A DNA stretch of 64,000 nucleotides from an uncultured Chloroflexia bacterium (GCA_963749705.1 CAVVNQ010000003.1:384001-448000); one strand, 5' to 3'. Positions 1-10,151 are shown, counted from the stretch's first letter. Notes: a model not told the origin generated them from the letters alone. Translations and numbers: made by a program.

Positions 1-2097
1 TCGATCGTCGTGTACCTGGGGCACGGCAATGGCTGGCCAAGCCCCTACACCTACGATCCCACGTACACGACCAAGGATGGCTTCGGGCTCAACTATGACC
101 TCAACGGTGACGGGAAGCTGTCCGACTACGAGAACAAGTACTACGGCGAGCCGTCGATCGCGACGCTGACACCGGCCCACAACGCGGTCGTCCTGCTGTT
201 CCACCTGTGCTACGCCTCGGGCAACTCGGAACCGGGCAATGCCGAGCCGTCGCTGAGCGTCGCTCGGCAGCGGGTCGACAACTACGCGTCCGCATTCCTC
301 AAGGCGGGCGCCGGGGCGGTCATCGCCGACGGGCACAGCCACAGCGGGTACGTCACGCGATTGTTCACGACGCTCCAGACGGTGGACCAGCTGTGGCGCG
401 GCATGCCGTCTGCCAACGGCCACGTCTCCTCGTATGCGTCGAGTCGCACGCCGGGCGCCACCTACGAGATGGACCCCAACACGTCGACCACCGGGTTCTA
501 CCGGTCCGTTACCGGCTCGATGTCGCTGACCACCGCGCAGGTGACGGGCGCGGCCTTCGCCTCGACCGACACCGACCCCACCGACTTCCAGGTGCCCGGC
601 GCGGCGAGCGTCGCGGTGGACGGCGCACCGGTGTATGCGACGCAGGCGGACGCCGCCGCCGCGCACGATGCGGCCGCCGCCGGGGTCGATGCCGCCGCGG
701 ACACGACCGCGGACTCGCTCCCGCCCGAGCCGGTCGCGACGCTGCCCATGGATGACCAGCTGCGCGTCTCCCAGATCGTTCCGACCGCCGATGGCGCCAA
801 GCTGCTCGACATCGAGACGTTCGATGGCAACAGCAGCGGCTGGATCATCGGCGACGTCGCCACGCCGCGCGACAGCCGGTCCCCGGTGGTGTGGTCGGTG
901 AGCGACGGCAACGCCCTGTTCACGCCGAACGGCGACGGCGACCGGGACAAGTACGTGCTGACGGTGGACCTGTCAGAGTCCGCGTCCTGGACGCTGGCGA
1001 TCGAGAACGACAAGGGTTCGACGTTGGCGACCCGCAACGGGTCCGGAAACACCGCGGCCCTGACCTGGGACGGAATGGTCAGCGGCTCGCTGGCCCCTGA
1101 CGGCACGTACCGGTGGCGACTCACCGCCGTCGACGCGTGGGAGAACCCGCCCCTGAGCTCGACGGCGACGTTCGTCCTGAACCACGACCCGATCAGCATC
1201 TCCCGCCTGTCGGGCCCCGACCGGTTCGCCACCGCCGCCGCGATCAGCAAGGCGAGCTTCTCGGCAGGGGTCCCGGTCGCCTACGTGGCCAGCGGGCTCA
1301 ACTTCCCCGATGCGCTCGCCGGGGCCGCGGTGGCCGGGTCTCAGGGTGGCCCGGTCCTGCTGGTCACCCGGGATGCCATCCCCTCGCCCATCGCGACCGA
1401 GCTCGCCCGGCTCCACCCGGCCCGGATCGTCGTGCTCGGCAGCGCCGGCGTGGTCAGCGACGGGGTGAAGGCGGCGCTCAAGGCCTACACCGCGGGTACC
1501 GTCACGAGGCTGTCGGGCCCCGACCGGTTCGCCACCGCCGCCGCGATCAGCAAGGCGAGCTTCTCGGCAGGGGTCCCGGTCGCCTACGTGGCCAGCGGGC
1601 TCAACTTCCCCGATGCGCTCGCCGGGGCCGCGGTGGCCGGGTCTCAGGGTGGCCCGGTCCTGCTGGTCACCCGGGATGCCATCCCCTCGCCCATCGCGAC
1701 CGAGCTCGCCCGGCTCCACCCGGCCCGGATCGTCGTGCTCGGCAGCGCCGGCGTGGTCAGCGACGGGGTGAAGGCGGCGCTCAAGGCCTACACCGCGGGT
1801 ACCGTCACGAGGCTGTCGGGCCCCGACCGGTTCGCCACCGCCGCCGCGATCAGCAAGGCGAGCTTCTCGGCAGGGGTCCCGGTCGCCTACGTGGCCAGCG
1901 GGCTCAACTTCCCCGATGCGCTCGCCGGGGCCGCGGTGGCCGGGTCTCAGGGTGGCCCGGTCCTGCTGGTCACCCGGGATGCCATCCCCTCGCCCATCGC
2001 GACCGAGCTCGCGCGGCTCCACCCGGCCCGGATCGTCGTGCTCGGCAGCGCCGGCGTGGTCAGCGACGGGGTCGGAACCGCGTTCGCTGCCTATTGA
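1..2097 (+). CDS. Surface protein, 5'-truncated by window edge, with FlgD-Ig-like domain and 3x CWB2 repeats
   Basis: Frame open from window start; FTPNGDG...LTWDG...DGTY signature; three RLSGPDRFATAAAIS...FPDALAG...PVLLV repeats. Confidence 0.85.
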   Translation, partial: SIVVYLGHGNGWPSPYTYDPTYTTKDGFGLNYDLNGDGKLSDYENKYYGEPSIATLTPAHNAVVLLFHLCYASGNSEPGNAEPSLSVARQRVDNYASAFLKAGAGAVIADGHSHSGYVTRLFTTLQTVDQLWRGMPSANGHVSSYASSRTPGATYEMDPNTSTTGFYRSVTGSMSLTTAQVTGAAFASTDTDPTDFQVPGAASVAVDGAPVYATQADAAAAHDAAAAGVDAAADTTADSLPPEPVATLPMDDQLRVSQIVPTADGAKLLDIETFDGNSSGWIIGDVATPRDSRSPVVWSVSDGNALFTPNGDGDRDKYVLTVDLSESASWTLAIENDKGSTLATRNGSGNTAALTWDGMVSGSLAPDGTYRWRLTAVDAWENPPLSSTATFVLNHDPISISRLSGPDRFATAAAISKASFSAGVPVAYVASGLNFPDALAGAAVAGSQGGPVLLVTRDAIPSPIATELARLHPARIVVLGSAGVVSDGVKAALKAYTAGTVTRLSGPDRFATAAAISKASFSAGVPVAYVASGLNFPDALAGAAVAGSQGGPVLLVTRDAIPSPIATELARLHPARIVVLGSAGVVSDGVKAALKAYTAGTVTRLSGPDRFATAAAISKASFSAGVPVAYVASGLNFPDALAGAAVAGSQGGPVLLVTRDAIPSPIATELARLHPARIVVLGSAGVVSDGVGTAFAAY
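1201..2072 (+). repeat. Three tandem 303-bp CWB2-coding repeats, copy A
   Basis: ctgtcgggccccgacc recurs at 1207, 1510, 1813; matches 4941-5812. Confidence 0.95.
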
Positions 2098-2183
2098 CCG
2101 GGGTGTTGCCTCCCCGGACGACGCAACCCGTGCGGGACGGCCCTTGCGCGGGCGACCGGACCGGAGCAACCCTAACCGCACCG

Positions 2184-2336
2184 TACTGTGCTAACAGGGA
2201 CCTTGGTCAGGTTGATCCAACCGCCGATGCGGAGGAAGATACCGGCCCGAGCACCGGAGCCTCCCCCTGCGGGTCATCCGGCGAGCCGTGTCGCGGTCAG
2301 GCGACCGGCCGGGGCAACTGAACCAAGAGGACGGCT
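2184..2336 (+). promoter_or_regulatory. -10 box (TACTGT) and structured 5' leader, candidate cis-regulatory RNA
   Basis: TACTGT 2184-2189; 2202-2214 can pair with 2315-2327, overlapping SD AAGAGGA; internal hairpins. Confidence 0.5.
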
Positions 2337-5300
2337 GTGAACCGACCCCGCTTCGCGCTCCACGGCCGCCCCATCGCCACCATCCTGTTGATCGCCGTGC
2401 TTGCCGTGGGCATCGTGCCCGTTCCGGCAGCTGCCGTGGCGCCGACGGGGCGGCCACCCGCAACGATCTCAGCGCCGGGTTCCGAGCCGGCACCCGCGGC
2501 GTCGGCAGCCGATCGCGCGGCGGTGTCGGAGGTCGGCCGCCCGGAGCCTTCGGTGGTGTACGAGCAGGCGATGGCCCACGCGGCCGACGCGAACACGTTC
2601 ACGCCCGGCGACCGCGTGTCGACCCCGTTCTCACCACGGTCCACGGACCGCTGGCCCGTCGACGGCCACGCTCCGACGTCGCTTCCCGCGGGTCGGGCGA
2701 GCGGCCGGGACATGGCGCGCAGCCCCCAGGGCAGCAGCTGGGCCGGGTCCAAGTCCGATCCCTCGCCGCTTGCCCCGGTTGCGACCGCGCCGCCGATCGA
2801 GCCGTCATCCGCGCCGATCGACGCCAACGGCGGCGGCACCGCCGTGCAGGCGTCGGGTGCATCGTGGACGGCCCCCGGGACCGCGACCGTTGACGCCGCC
2901 GCAGCGGCCGGCCTCCGCCGACAGGTGTTCGGCTTCCTCCCGTACTGGGAGGTTTCGGGCTCCGCGTCGACCCTCAACTACGACGACCTGTCCACGATCG
3001 CGTACTTCTCGGTCGGCGCCGACAAGCTGGGCAACCTGCTCAAGAAGAACAGCGACGGTTCGACGACCACCGGCTGGGGCGGCTGGACCAGCTCGAACCT
3101 GACCAAGACGATCAATGCGGCGCACAGCCACGGCACGCGCGTCGTGCTGACCCTCTCGGTCTTCGCCTGGACGACCAGCCAGGCAGCCCTGCAGCAGGCG
3201 CTGCTGGGCAGCAGCAGTGCGCGCCTCAACCTTGCGAAGCAGGCGGTGGCGGCCGTTCGAGACCGTGGGGCCGACGGCATCAACCTGGATTTCGAGCCGG
3301 TCGTGAGCGGGTACGACGACGAGTTCGTCGCGCTCCTGCGGACGATCCGATCGGAGCTTGACAAGGTCGCGCCGGGATACCAGCTGACGTACGACACGAC
3401 GGGCTGGATCGGCAACTACCCGATCGAGGCGTCGGTCGCGGCGGGTGCCGCCGACGCCATCTTCGTGATGGGCTACGACTACCGCACGTCCTCCTCGTCG
3501 TACGTCGGGTCGATCGATCCCCTGTCAGGTCCCGCGTACGACCTCGCAGACACCATCCGCTCATACACCGCCCGGGTGAGCCCGTCGAAGGTGATCCTCG
3601 GCCTTCCCTGGTACGGGCGCGCATGGTCGACCGCGACCGACACGGTGAACGCGGCCAGCCAGAGCGGCGCCAAGTACGGATACAGCACCGCGGTCAACTA
3701 CGAGAACATCGTCGCCCTGGCCGCACAGTACGGGCGTCGCTGGGACAGCCGCGAGCAGACGCCCTGGTTCGCATACCAGAAGCAGAACTGCACGACCACC
3801 TATGGCTGCGTGACGACCTGGCGGCAGGTCTACTACGACGACTACGCGTCGATGCGCCTCCGGTATGACCTGGTCAACACGTACGGGCTGCGCGGTGCCG
3901 GGATCTGGGCGCTCGGCTACGACGGGGGTCATGCCGAGCTGTACCAGGCGATCACGGACGCCTTCCTGACCGACAAGACCGGGCCCGTGACCGGCATCCG
4001 CATGCTCAACGGAACCCAGCGTGACGAGGGCTTCACGGTCTCCTGGACGGGGACCGACGCCACCGGCGTCGCGAGCTACGACGTCCAGGTCTCGACCGAC
4101 GGCGGCGCCTGGACGGACTGGCTCCTGGGAACGACGACGACGTCCGGCACCTGGCTCGGCAACGACGGTCACGGGTATGCGTTCCGCAGCCGTGGCCGCG
4201 ACACCAAGGGGAACGTCTCCGCCTGGAACGTGACCGCGACCTGGAGTGCGGCGCCCGCGCTGGCGGTCGGTGGCTTCGGGCAGGTCCGGACGAACGGGCT
4301 CTCATATCGAACCGGCCCGGACACCTCGGCGACCAAGCTGGGAACCGTCGACACGGGCACGGTCGTCGCCGTGACCGGCGGTCCGATCACGGCCGATGGC
4401 TACGTCTGGTGGCAGGTCACGCAGCCCGTCCTCGAGTGGGGCACGGTGACGTTCGCCGAGGCCGGCGTGTGGATGGCGTCCGGGCCGGTCGCCACCTCGT
4501 CCGCCTATGTCGGCGCCTACCGGGCGCCGAACTCGACCACGGTGAGCGCGGCGCTGCGGGTGACCGGCTTCAACGGTCTCGGGTCGGGCAGTCTCGGCGC
4601 CGCCTACAGCTCGCAGCGCGTCGTGTCGCCCAATGGGGACGGTGACCACGACACCATCCGGCTCGACTGGACGAGCACCGTCACCGTGTCGACGCTCCAG
4701 CTGCGGATCCTGCGCAGCAACGGGACGCTCGTCGACACGAGGAACCTCACCAGCCTGACGCCGGGCGCCGCCCACTACACCTGGGATGGCAAGGCGGGCG
4801 GGGTGCCGGTGGCCGACGGAAGCTACGTGCTCCAGCTCGTCGGGACGGCCGGATCGTCGACCTACCACGCGCCGTCCGCGGACCCTGCAACCGCGGCCCA
4901 GCTGGCGACGTTTGCCGTCACCGTCGATCGCCTTCCGACCTCCCGCCTGTCGGGCCCCGACCGGTTCGCCACCGCCGCCGCGATCAGCAAGGCGAGCTTC
5001 TCGGCAGGGGTCCCGGTCGCCTACGTGGCCAGCGGGCTCAACTTCCCCGATGCGCTCGCCGGGGCCGCGGTGGCCGGGTCTCAGGGTGGCCCGGTCCTGC
5101 TGGTCACCCGGGATGCCATCCCCTCGCCCATCGCGACCGAGCTCGCCCGGCTCCACCCGGCCCGGATCGTCGTGCTCGGCAGCGCCGGCGTGGTCAGCGA
5201 CGGGGTGAAGGCGGCGCTCAAGGCCTACACCGCGGGTACCGTCACGAGGCTGTCGGGCCCCGACCGGTTCGCCACCGCCGCCGCGATCAGCAAGGCGAGC

Positions 5301-5846
5301 TTCTCGGCAGGGGTCCCGGTCGCCTACGTGGCCAGCGGGCTCAACTTCCCCGATGCGCTCGCCGGGGCCGCGGTGGCCGGGTCTCAGGGTGGCCCGGTCC
5401 TGCTGGTCACCCGGGATGCCATCCCCTCGCCCATCGCGACCGAGCTCGCCCGGCTCCACCCGGCCCGGATCGTCGTGCTCGGCAGCGCCGGCGTGGTCAG
5501 CGACGGGGTGAAGGCGGCGCTCAAGGCCTACACCGCGGGTACCGTCACGAGGCTGTCGGGCCCCGACCGGTTCGCCACCGCCGCCGCGATCAGCAAGGCG
5601 AGCTTCTCGGCAGGGGTCCCGGTCGCCTACGTGGCCAGCGGGCTCAACTTCCCCGATGCGCTCGCCGGGGCCGCGGTGGCCGGGTCTCAGGGTGGCCCGG
5701 TCCTGCTGGTCACCCGGGATGCCATCCCCTCGCCCATCGCGACCGAGCTCGCGCGGCTCCACCCGGCCCGGATCGTCGTGCTCGGCAGCGCCGGCGTGGT
5801 CAGCGACGGGGTGAAGGCGGCCGCGCGGGCAGCCGCGATCCCGTAG
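2337..5846 (+). CDS. Secreted GH18 glycoside hydrolase with FN3-like, SH3-like, FlgD-Ig and 3x CWB2 domains
   Basis: Signal peptide; DGINLDFE motif; MGYDY; GAGIWALGYD; C-terminal CWB2 repeats. Confidence 0.88.
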   Translation: MNRPRFALHGRPIATILLIAVLAVGIVPVPAAAVAPTGRPPATISAPGSEPAPAASAADRAAVSEVGRPEPSVVYEQAMAHAADANTFTPGDRVSTPFSPRSTDRWPVDGHAPTSLPAGRASGRDMARSPQGSSWAGSKSDPSPLAPVATAPPIEPSSAPIDANGGGTAVQASGASWTAPGTATVDAAAAAGLRRQVFGFLPYWEVSGSASTLNYDDLSTIAYFSVGADKLGNLLKKNSDGSTTTGWGGWTSSNLTKTINAAHSHGTRVVLTLSVFAWTTSQAALQQALLGSSSARLNLAKQAVAAVRDRGADGINLDFEPVVSGYDDEFVALLRTIRSELDKVAPGYQLTYDTTGWIGNYPIEASVAAGAADAIFVMGYDYRTSSSSYVGSIDPLSGPAYDLADTIRSYTARVSPSKVILGLPWYGRAWSTATDTVNAASQSGAKYGYSTAVNYENIVALAAQYGRRWDSREQTPWFAYQKQNCTTTYGCVTTWRQVYYDDYASMRLRYDLVNTYGLRGAGIWALGYDGGHAELYQAITDAFLTDKTGPVTGIRMLNGTQRDEGFTVSWTGTDATGVASYDVQVSTDGGAWTDWLLGTTTTSGTWLGNDGHGYAFRSRGRDTKGNVSAWNVTATWSAAPALAVGGFGQVRTNGLSYRTGPDTSATKLGTVDTGTVVAVTGGPITADGYVWWQVTQPVLEWGTVTFAEAGVWMASGPVATSSAYVGAYRAPNSTTVSAALRVTGFNGLGSGSLGAAYSSQRVVSPNGDGDHDTIRLDWTSTVTVSTLQLRILRSNGTLVDTRNLTSLTPGAAHYTWDGKAGGVPVADGSYVLQLVGTAGSSTYHAPSADPATAAQLATFAVTVDRLPTSRLSGPDRFATAAAISKASFSAGVPVAYVASGLNFPDALAGAAVAGSQGGPVLLVTRDAIPSPIATELARLHPARIVVLGSAGVVSDGVKAALKAYTAGTVTRLSGPDRFATAAAISKASFSAGVPVAYVASGLNFPDALAGAAVAGSQGGPVLLVTRDAIPSPIATELARLHPARIVVLGSAGVVSDGVKAALKAYTAGTVTRLSGPDRFATAAAISKASFSAGVPVAYVASGLNFPDALAGAAVAGSQGGPVLLVTRDAIPSPIATELARLHPARIVVLGSAGVVSDGVKAAARAAAIP
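4941..5812 (+). repeat. Three tandem 303-bp CWB2-coding repeats, copy B
   Basis: Units at 4947, 5250, 5553; same third-unit variant (gcgcggctcc) as copy A. Confidence 0.95.
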
Positions 5847-5934
5847 CAACCAGGACGCGGCGCTCGACGCCTGTCGACGTGAACGCGGGACGGGGACGCG
5901 TTCGGCCGGGCCGCGACCGGTACACTCGGCTGCG

Positions 5935-6720
5935 ATGAGCCCCGCCGTGAGCCGTCCCGATCCGAACGCAGACGCAGCCGGTGCGGGAGCATGGATCGTC
6001 CTGCCGACATACGACGAGGCGGACAACCTGCCCGGCATCTCGGCCGCGATCCTGGAGGCGCTGCCGGGAGCGACCCTCCTCGTCGTTGACGACAGCTCGC
6101 CCGACGGGACCGGCGAGCTCGCGGAGCGGCTCGCAGCCGACGATCCCCGGATCCGCGTCAAGCACCGGCCGGCCAAGCAGGGGCTGGGCCGCGCCTACCT
6201 CGACGGCTTCGGCGATGCCCTCGACGGCGGGGCTGCGGTCGTCATCCAGATGGACGCGGACTGGTCCCACGATCCGGCGACCCTGCCGACGCTGATCGAG
6301 CCCGTGGTCACGGGCGTCGCGGATCTCGTGATCGGCTCGCGCTACGTCCGGGGCGGCCGGGTCACCGACTGGGGACCCATCCGGCGACTGATCTCCCGCG
6401 GTGGCTCGCTGTTCGCACGGGTCGTGCTCGGGCTCGGGCCTCACGACCTGACCGGCGGCTTCAAGGCCTGGCGGGCGTCGACGCTCGCCGAGGTTCCGTT
6501 CGATGGCGTGCGCGCGGGCGGCTACGTGTTCCAGATCGAGATGACCTACCGCGCATCGCGGTTCGGTGCCCGGATCACCGAGGTGCCGATCACGTTCCGC
6601 GATCGGCGGGCCGGGGCGTCCAAGATGAGTCGCCGGATCATCGTTGAGGCCCTGTTCGTCGTCGTCGGGCTTCGCTGGGACGAGCTCCGCGGGCGCGCGC
6701 CGGCACGACGGACGCCGTGA
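5935..6720 (+). CDS. Polyprenol monophosphomannose synthase-like GT2
   Basis: LPTYDEADN, VVDDSSPDGTG, QMDADWSH, DLTGGFKAW, GYVFQIEM. Confidence 0.88.
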   Translation: MSPAVSRPDPNADAAGAGAWIVLPTYDEADNLPGISAAILEALPGATLLVVDDSSPDGTGELAERLAADDPRIRVKHRPAKQGLGRAYLDGFGDALDGGAAVVIQMDADWSHDPATLPTLIEPVVTGVADLVIGSRYVRGGRVTDWGPIRRLISRGGSLFARVVLGLGPHDLTGGFKAWRASTLAEVPFDGVRAGGYVFQIEMTYRASRFGARITEVPITFRDRRAGASKMSRRIIVEALFVVVGLRWDELRGRAPARRTP

Positions 6721-7988
6721 CCGGAGCGCCCCGGCCGGGCTGGCGGCCAGGCACCTCCGACGCCCCCGCGGCCGCGCCCCCCGGCGTGCGCGTGGTGATG
6801 GACCTCCGGCCCGTGCAGGACGCGGAGCGGGCGCCGCTGACCGCCGCGTACCTCGACGGTCTCCTGGCAGCGCTGGCCGCCGACCCGCTGCCGGGAGAAT
6901 CGTTCTCGTTCCTGCTCGCGTCGGACCTCGATGATCCCAGCGGGCGCTGGCCCGGGCTGAACGTCGTCGGCAGCCGGCTGCTTCCGCCGACCCGCCTCCT
7001 GCGATCCGGTGCGCTCACCGTCGACCCGGTCCTGCTGCGTGGCGCGTCCGTCGGGGCCGGCTGGCGGGCCGAGCGCTCGGGCGCGACGGGTGCGGTCTAC
7101 CACGCCGTCGCCGGCGCGCTTCCGATCGGGTCGCGCATCCCCATCGTCGCCACGCTCCTGGACCTCGCCCCGTGGGAGCTGCCCGACGCCTTCCAGCGCG
7201 GCACGGCCGCCCGCTTCGGACAGCGGCTGCGCGCCCGGCTCCTGCGCGATGCCGCGGCGGTCATCGTCCCCACGCGCGAGACCGCGATCCAGGCGCGCCA
7301 TCTGCTGCACATCCGGGCGGCACGCCTGCGGGTGATCCCGCTCGCGGCAGGACCCGCGTATCACGGCGGCGCGATCGATGGGGCGGCACCGGAGCGCGAT
7401 CGGCTCGGCCTCGGCGATCGCTACGCGGTGTACGCGGGTCGCTACGACGCCCGCCAGGACCTGGTCACGTTGCTGGCTGCCCTCGCCGCGCTCGCTGCCG
7501 AGCCCGGCCCGGACGGCGTTCCCTGGCCGCCCAGGGTGTGCCTCATCGGGGCCACCCCCGCAGATCGCGCGGCGCTGTCACGGGCGGCGACCCGCGCAGG
7601 CATTCCGGAGCTCCTCGCCTACGCCCCCCGGCTGCCCGAGGCGAGGCTCGCCGCACTCGTTGCCGGGGCCCGGTTCCTCGTGCTGCCCGTCCGCTCCGAG
7701 GCGGCCAGCTTCGCCGCGCTCGACGCCCTCGCCGCGGGCGTGCCAGTGGTCGCATCGGCCGTCGGATCGCTGAAGGAGATCGTGGGCCGGGCCGGGATCC
7801 TGGTGGAGCCGGGCGATCCCACCCGGCTTGCCGCGGCGCTGCGGGCTGCGTGGTCCGACGACGAGCTCCACGCGGGGCTGGTCGCGGCAGGGTCGGACCG
7901 GGTTGGCCGTGACCGCACCTGGGCCGACGTGGCGCGCGAGACCCGCGAGGTCTGGGCGGAGGTCGCCCGCCCCGCACCCTTGCTCTAG
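6717..7988 (+). CDS. Glycosyltransferase family 4, divergent
   Basis: GT-B C-terminal motif SEAASFAALDALAAGVPVVAS; GTGA overlap with upstream gene. Confidence 0.75.
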   Translation: MTGAPRPGWRPGTSDAPAAAPPGVRVVMDLRPVQDAERAPLTAAYLDGLLAALAADPLPGESFSFLLASDLDDPSGRWPGLNVVGSRLLPPTRLLRSGALTVDPVLLRGASVGAGWRAERSGATGAVYHAVAGALPIGSRIPIVATLLDLAPWELPDAFQRGTAARFGQRLRARLLRDAAAVIVPTRETAIQARHLLHIRAARLRVIPLAAGPAYHGGAIDGAAPERDRLGLGDRYAVYAGRYDARQDLVTLLAALAALAAEPGPDGVPWPPRVCLIGATPADRAALSRAATRAGIPELLAYAPRLPEARLAALVAGARFLVLPVRSEAASFAALDALAAGVPVVASAVGSLKEIVGRAGILVEPGDPTRLAAALRAAWSDDELHAGLVAAGSDRVGRDRTWADVARETREVWAEVARPAPLL

Positions 7989-7998
7989 GAGCCCCCGC

Positions 7999-9213
7999 TC
8001 AGAGCTCGAGCAGGCGGACCACGTGCGGCACGTTCGGCACCGGTGCCTTGCCGTCCTTGATCGTGACCTTCGTCCCCGTCGGCACCACCTGCACGAACGT
8101 CTGACCGGCGGTCAGCGTCACCTGCTTGCCGTCGGGGCCATAGAACAGGGTCGGCGCCGTCGTCGACTTCTTGCGCCAGGTGCCCTTGATCGTCCGCCCG
8201 TTGGTCGCGATCCACGCGGTCCCGCTGCCGATCTGCTGTGCCTCGAGGCGGTGCTTCGTGGAGCCGTCGTTGAGCGGTCCGAACCGCACGACCATGATCA
8301 CGACATTGGTCGGTGCCACCCGCACGTCGGCCCCCGCATCGAACTGCTTGCCCTCGCCGGTCACGGTCCTGGGGTAGGTGTTGCTCTGGCGGTCGTACTG
8401 GTAGGTGATCCTGTTGGCGAGGTACGGGACGACGATCGTGCCGCCCGTCGGTCGATGGACCAGGTTGAGCGCGGGCCCGAACCTCCACATCGGTGCCTGG
8501 TCGGGGACGGGCTTGGCGCCGACCACCTTGATCAGGGCCCGCAGGTGCGCGCCGTCGGTGTACACGTTGTGCGGGGCGCGACGCTCCTTGATCCGCCACA
8601 GGTACTTGCCGCCGTAGCGGAACTCGTCGGCGTCATACACCAGCCCGCCACGACCCTTGGACGAATGGAGCACGCCCAGCGCCTGCGGCGATCCGCCGAC
8701 GTGGACGTAGACGGCGTTCCATTCCGATGCCCACACGATGAAGTAGTAGCGCGAGCTGCGGACCGGGCCGACCGCGGCCGGGTCACCGTCCTGGAACAGC
8801 ATCATGTAGCGCGGGATACCACCCTCGGCGGGCGCCTGCCATACGATGCCGGCGTCCGCGAACCCCGATTGCGGCCGGGCGTCCGCCTGATCGTCGACCA
8901 TGACCGCGACCACGTGGCGCGAGGCGACGGACTCGGTGACCGGAAGACCGGTCAGGGGATCGGGGACGAGGACCGGGGTTGGCGACGGTGTGGGCGTCGG
9001 GAGCGGCGTCGCCGTCGGCTCCGCGGTGGGCGTGGGCGTCGGTTGCGGCGCGGTCGGTGAGGGGCTCGCGGATGGCGAGGGGCTCGCGGTCGGCGATGCC
9101 AGCGCAATCCCCGATGGAGCCGGGGCGGCGAGCAGCCCGCCGGCAACGGCGCCGACGAGAACACCGATCGCGAGGGTGGCGGCGACGAGGACGGTGGCCG
9201 CGGTGCGCGTCAC
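7999..9213 (-). CDS. DUF3048 family exported protein
   Basis: N-terminal TM, Pro/Thr linker, PLTGLP, ARPQSG, AEGGIPR, GPVRSSR, APHNVY; start set at GTG 9213. Confidence 0.8.
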   Translation of the reverse strand: MTRTAATVLVAATLAIGVLVGAVAGGLLAAPAPSGIALASPTASPSPSASPSPTAPQPTPTPTAEPTATPLPTPTPSPTPVLVPDPLTGLPVTESVASRHVVAVMVDDQADARPQSGFADAGIVWQAPAEGGIPRYMMLFQDGDPAAVGPVRSSRYYFIVWASEWNAVYVHVGGSPQALGVLHSSKGRGGLVYDADEFRYGGKYLWRIKERRAPHNVYTDGAHLRALIKVVGAKPVPDQAPMWRFGPALNLVHRPTGGTIVVPYLANRITYQYDRQSNTYPRTVTGEGKQFDAGADVRVAPTNVVIMVVRFGPLNDGSTKHRLEAQQIGSGTAWIATNGRTIKGTWRKKSTTAPTLFYGPDGKQVTLTAGQTFVQVVPTGTKVTIKDGKAPVPNVPHVVRLLEL

Positions 9214-9428
9214 GTTACGATCCAGGGCGCGGTACGCCCGATGTCCATGCTGCTGCCCCTCTGCAACGCCAGCGATCGGCGCTCGGCTCCCACCCGGCCC
9301 GGCCGCGGGGATCCGCGGGCAGGATAGCCGGAAAAGCCGAAAACGAGGCATTCGGACCGTGGGCGTGCGCGACGGCATGCGGTAGGCTCGACCCACACCC
9401 AGCTGCCAGATCATGTCGAGGCATTCCG

Positions 9429-10031
9429 ATGACCGAGCCCACGCCCGCCGCTCCCAAGCGTCCGCGCCGGCGGGCCGCTGCCAGGCCCGCGGCCGACGCC
9501 AGCCCTGCGACCGGGGCAAATGCCGCTGCCAAGGACGCGCCCGCGCCCGGACCCGCCGACCTGGCGGCCGCGCCCGAAACCGGGGCGCCCGTGCGCGCGA
9601 CCGTGATCCGGGTCGAGCGCGGCGGGATCTCCGAGGCAACCGCCGGTGCCGTCGACGTCCGCATGGGCGGGATCGGCCGGCTCGACGCCGAGGAGGTCTT
9701 CGTCCAGTGGGGCGGCATCGGCGCCGCCCGCGCGGATCGAGCCTCCGTCGAGCTCGGCAGCCTGGGCGCCGCGCTCGCCGGCGAGCTCCGCGTGACCCAG
9801 GGGATCGCCGGGACCGTCGCCGCCCGCGACGCCACGATCGACCAGAGCCTGGTCCGCACCCTGATCGCACAGCGGGTGACCATCACGCGACCCACGGGCG
9901 TGCTGGTCATGATCGCCCAGCACGTGTCGGGCGACGTCCGGCCCCTGCTCGACTGGCGGGGCGCACTTGCTGCCGGCGCCGCGTTCGGGCTCGTGAGCTC
10001 GGTGATCCGCGCCGTGCGCCGGCGGGGCTGA
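9429..10031 (+). CDS. Hypothetical protein with Gly-rich beta-strand repeats and C-terminal TM
   Basis: ATG 9429 in frame; periodic GGI units; hydrophobic C-terminus followed by RRR. Confidence 0.6.
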   Translation: MTEPTPAAPKRPRRRAAARPAADASPATGANAAAKDAPAPGPADLAAAPETGAPVRATVIRVERGGISEATAGAVDVRMGGIGRLDAEEVFVQWGGIGAARADRASVELGSLGAALAGELRVTQGIAGTVAARDATIDQSLVRTLIAQRVTITRPTGVLVMIAQHVSGDVRPLLDWRGALAAGAAFGLVSSVIRAVRRRG

Positions 10032-10151
10032 CCGGGTCGACGGCTATACTCAGCGCGGTCCCGGGAGCGCGGCAGATGGCTGCGGTGGCCCGGTCCCCCG
10101 GCTCCGCGGCGCTCGCGTGAGCCACGACCTGGCAGGGAGCCCACCGAACCC

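Noticed and set aside
1201-5812. Diversity-generating retroelement template/variable repeat pair
   Set aside because: Copies lack adenine-specific mismatches and no reverse transcriptase is present
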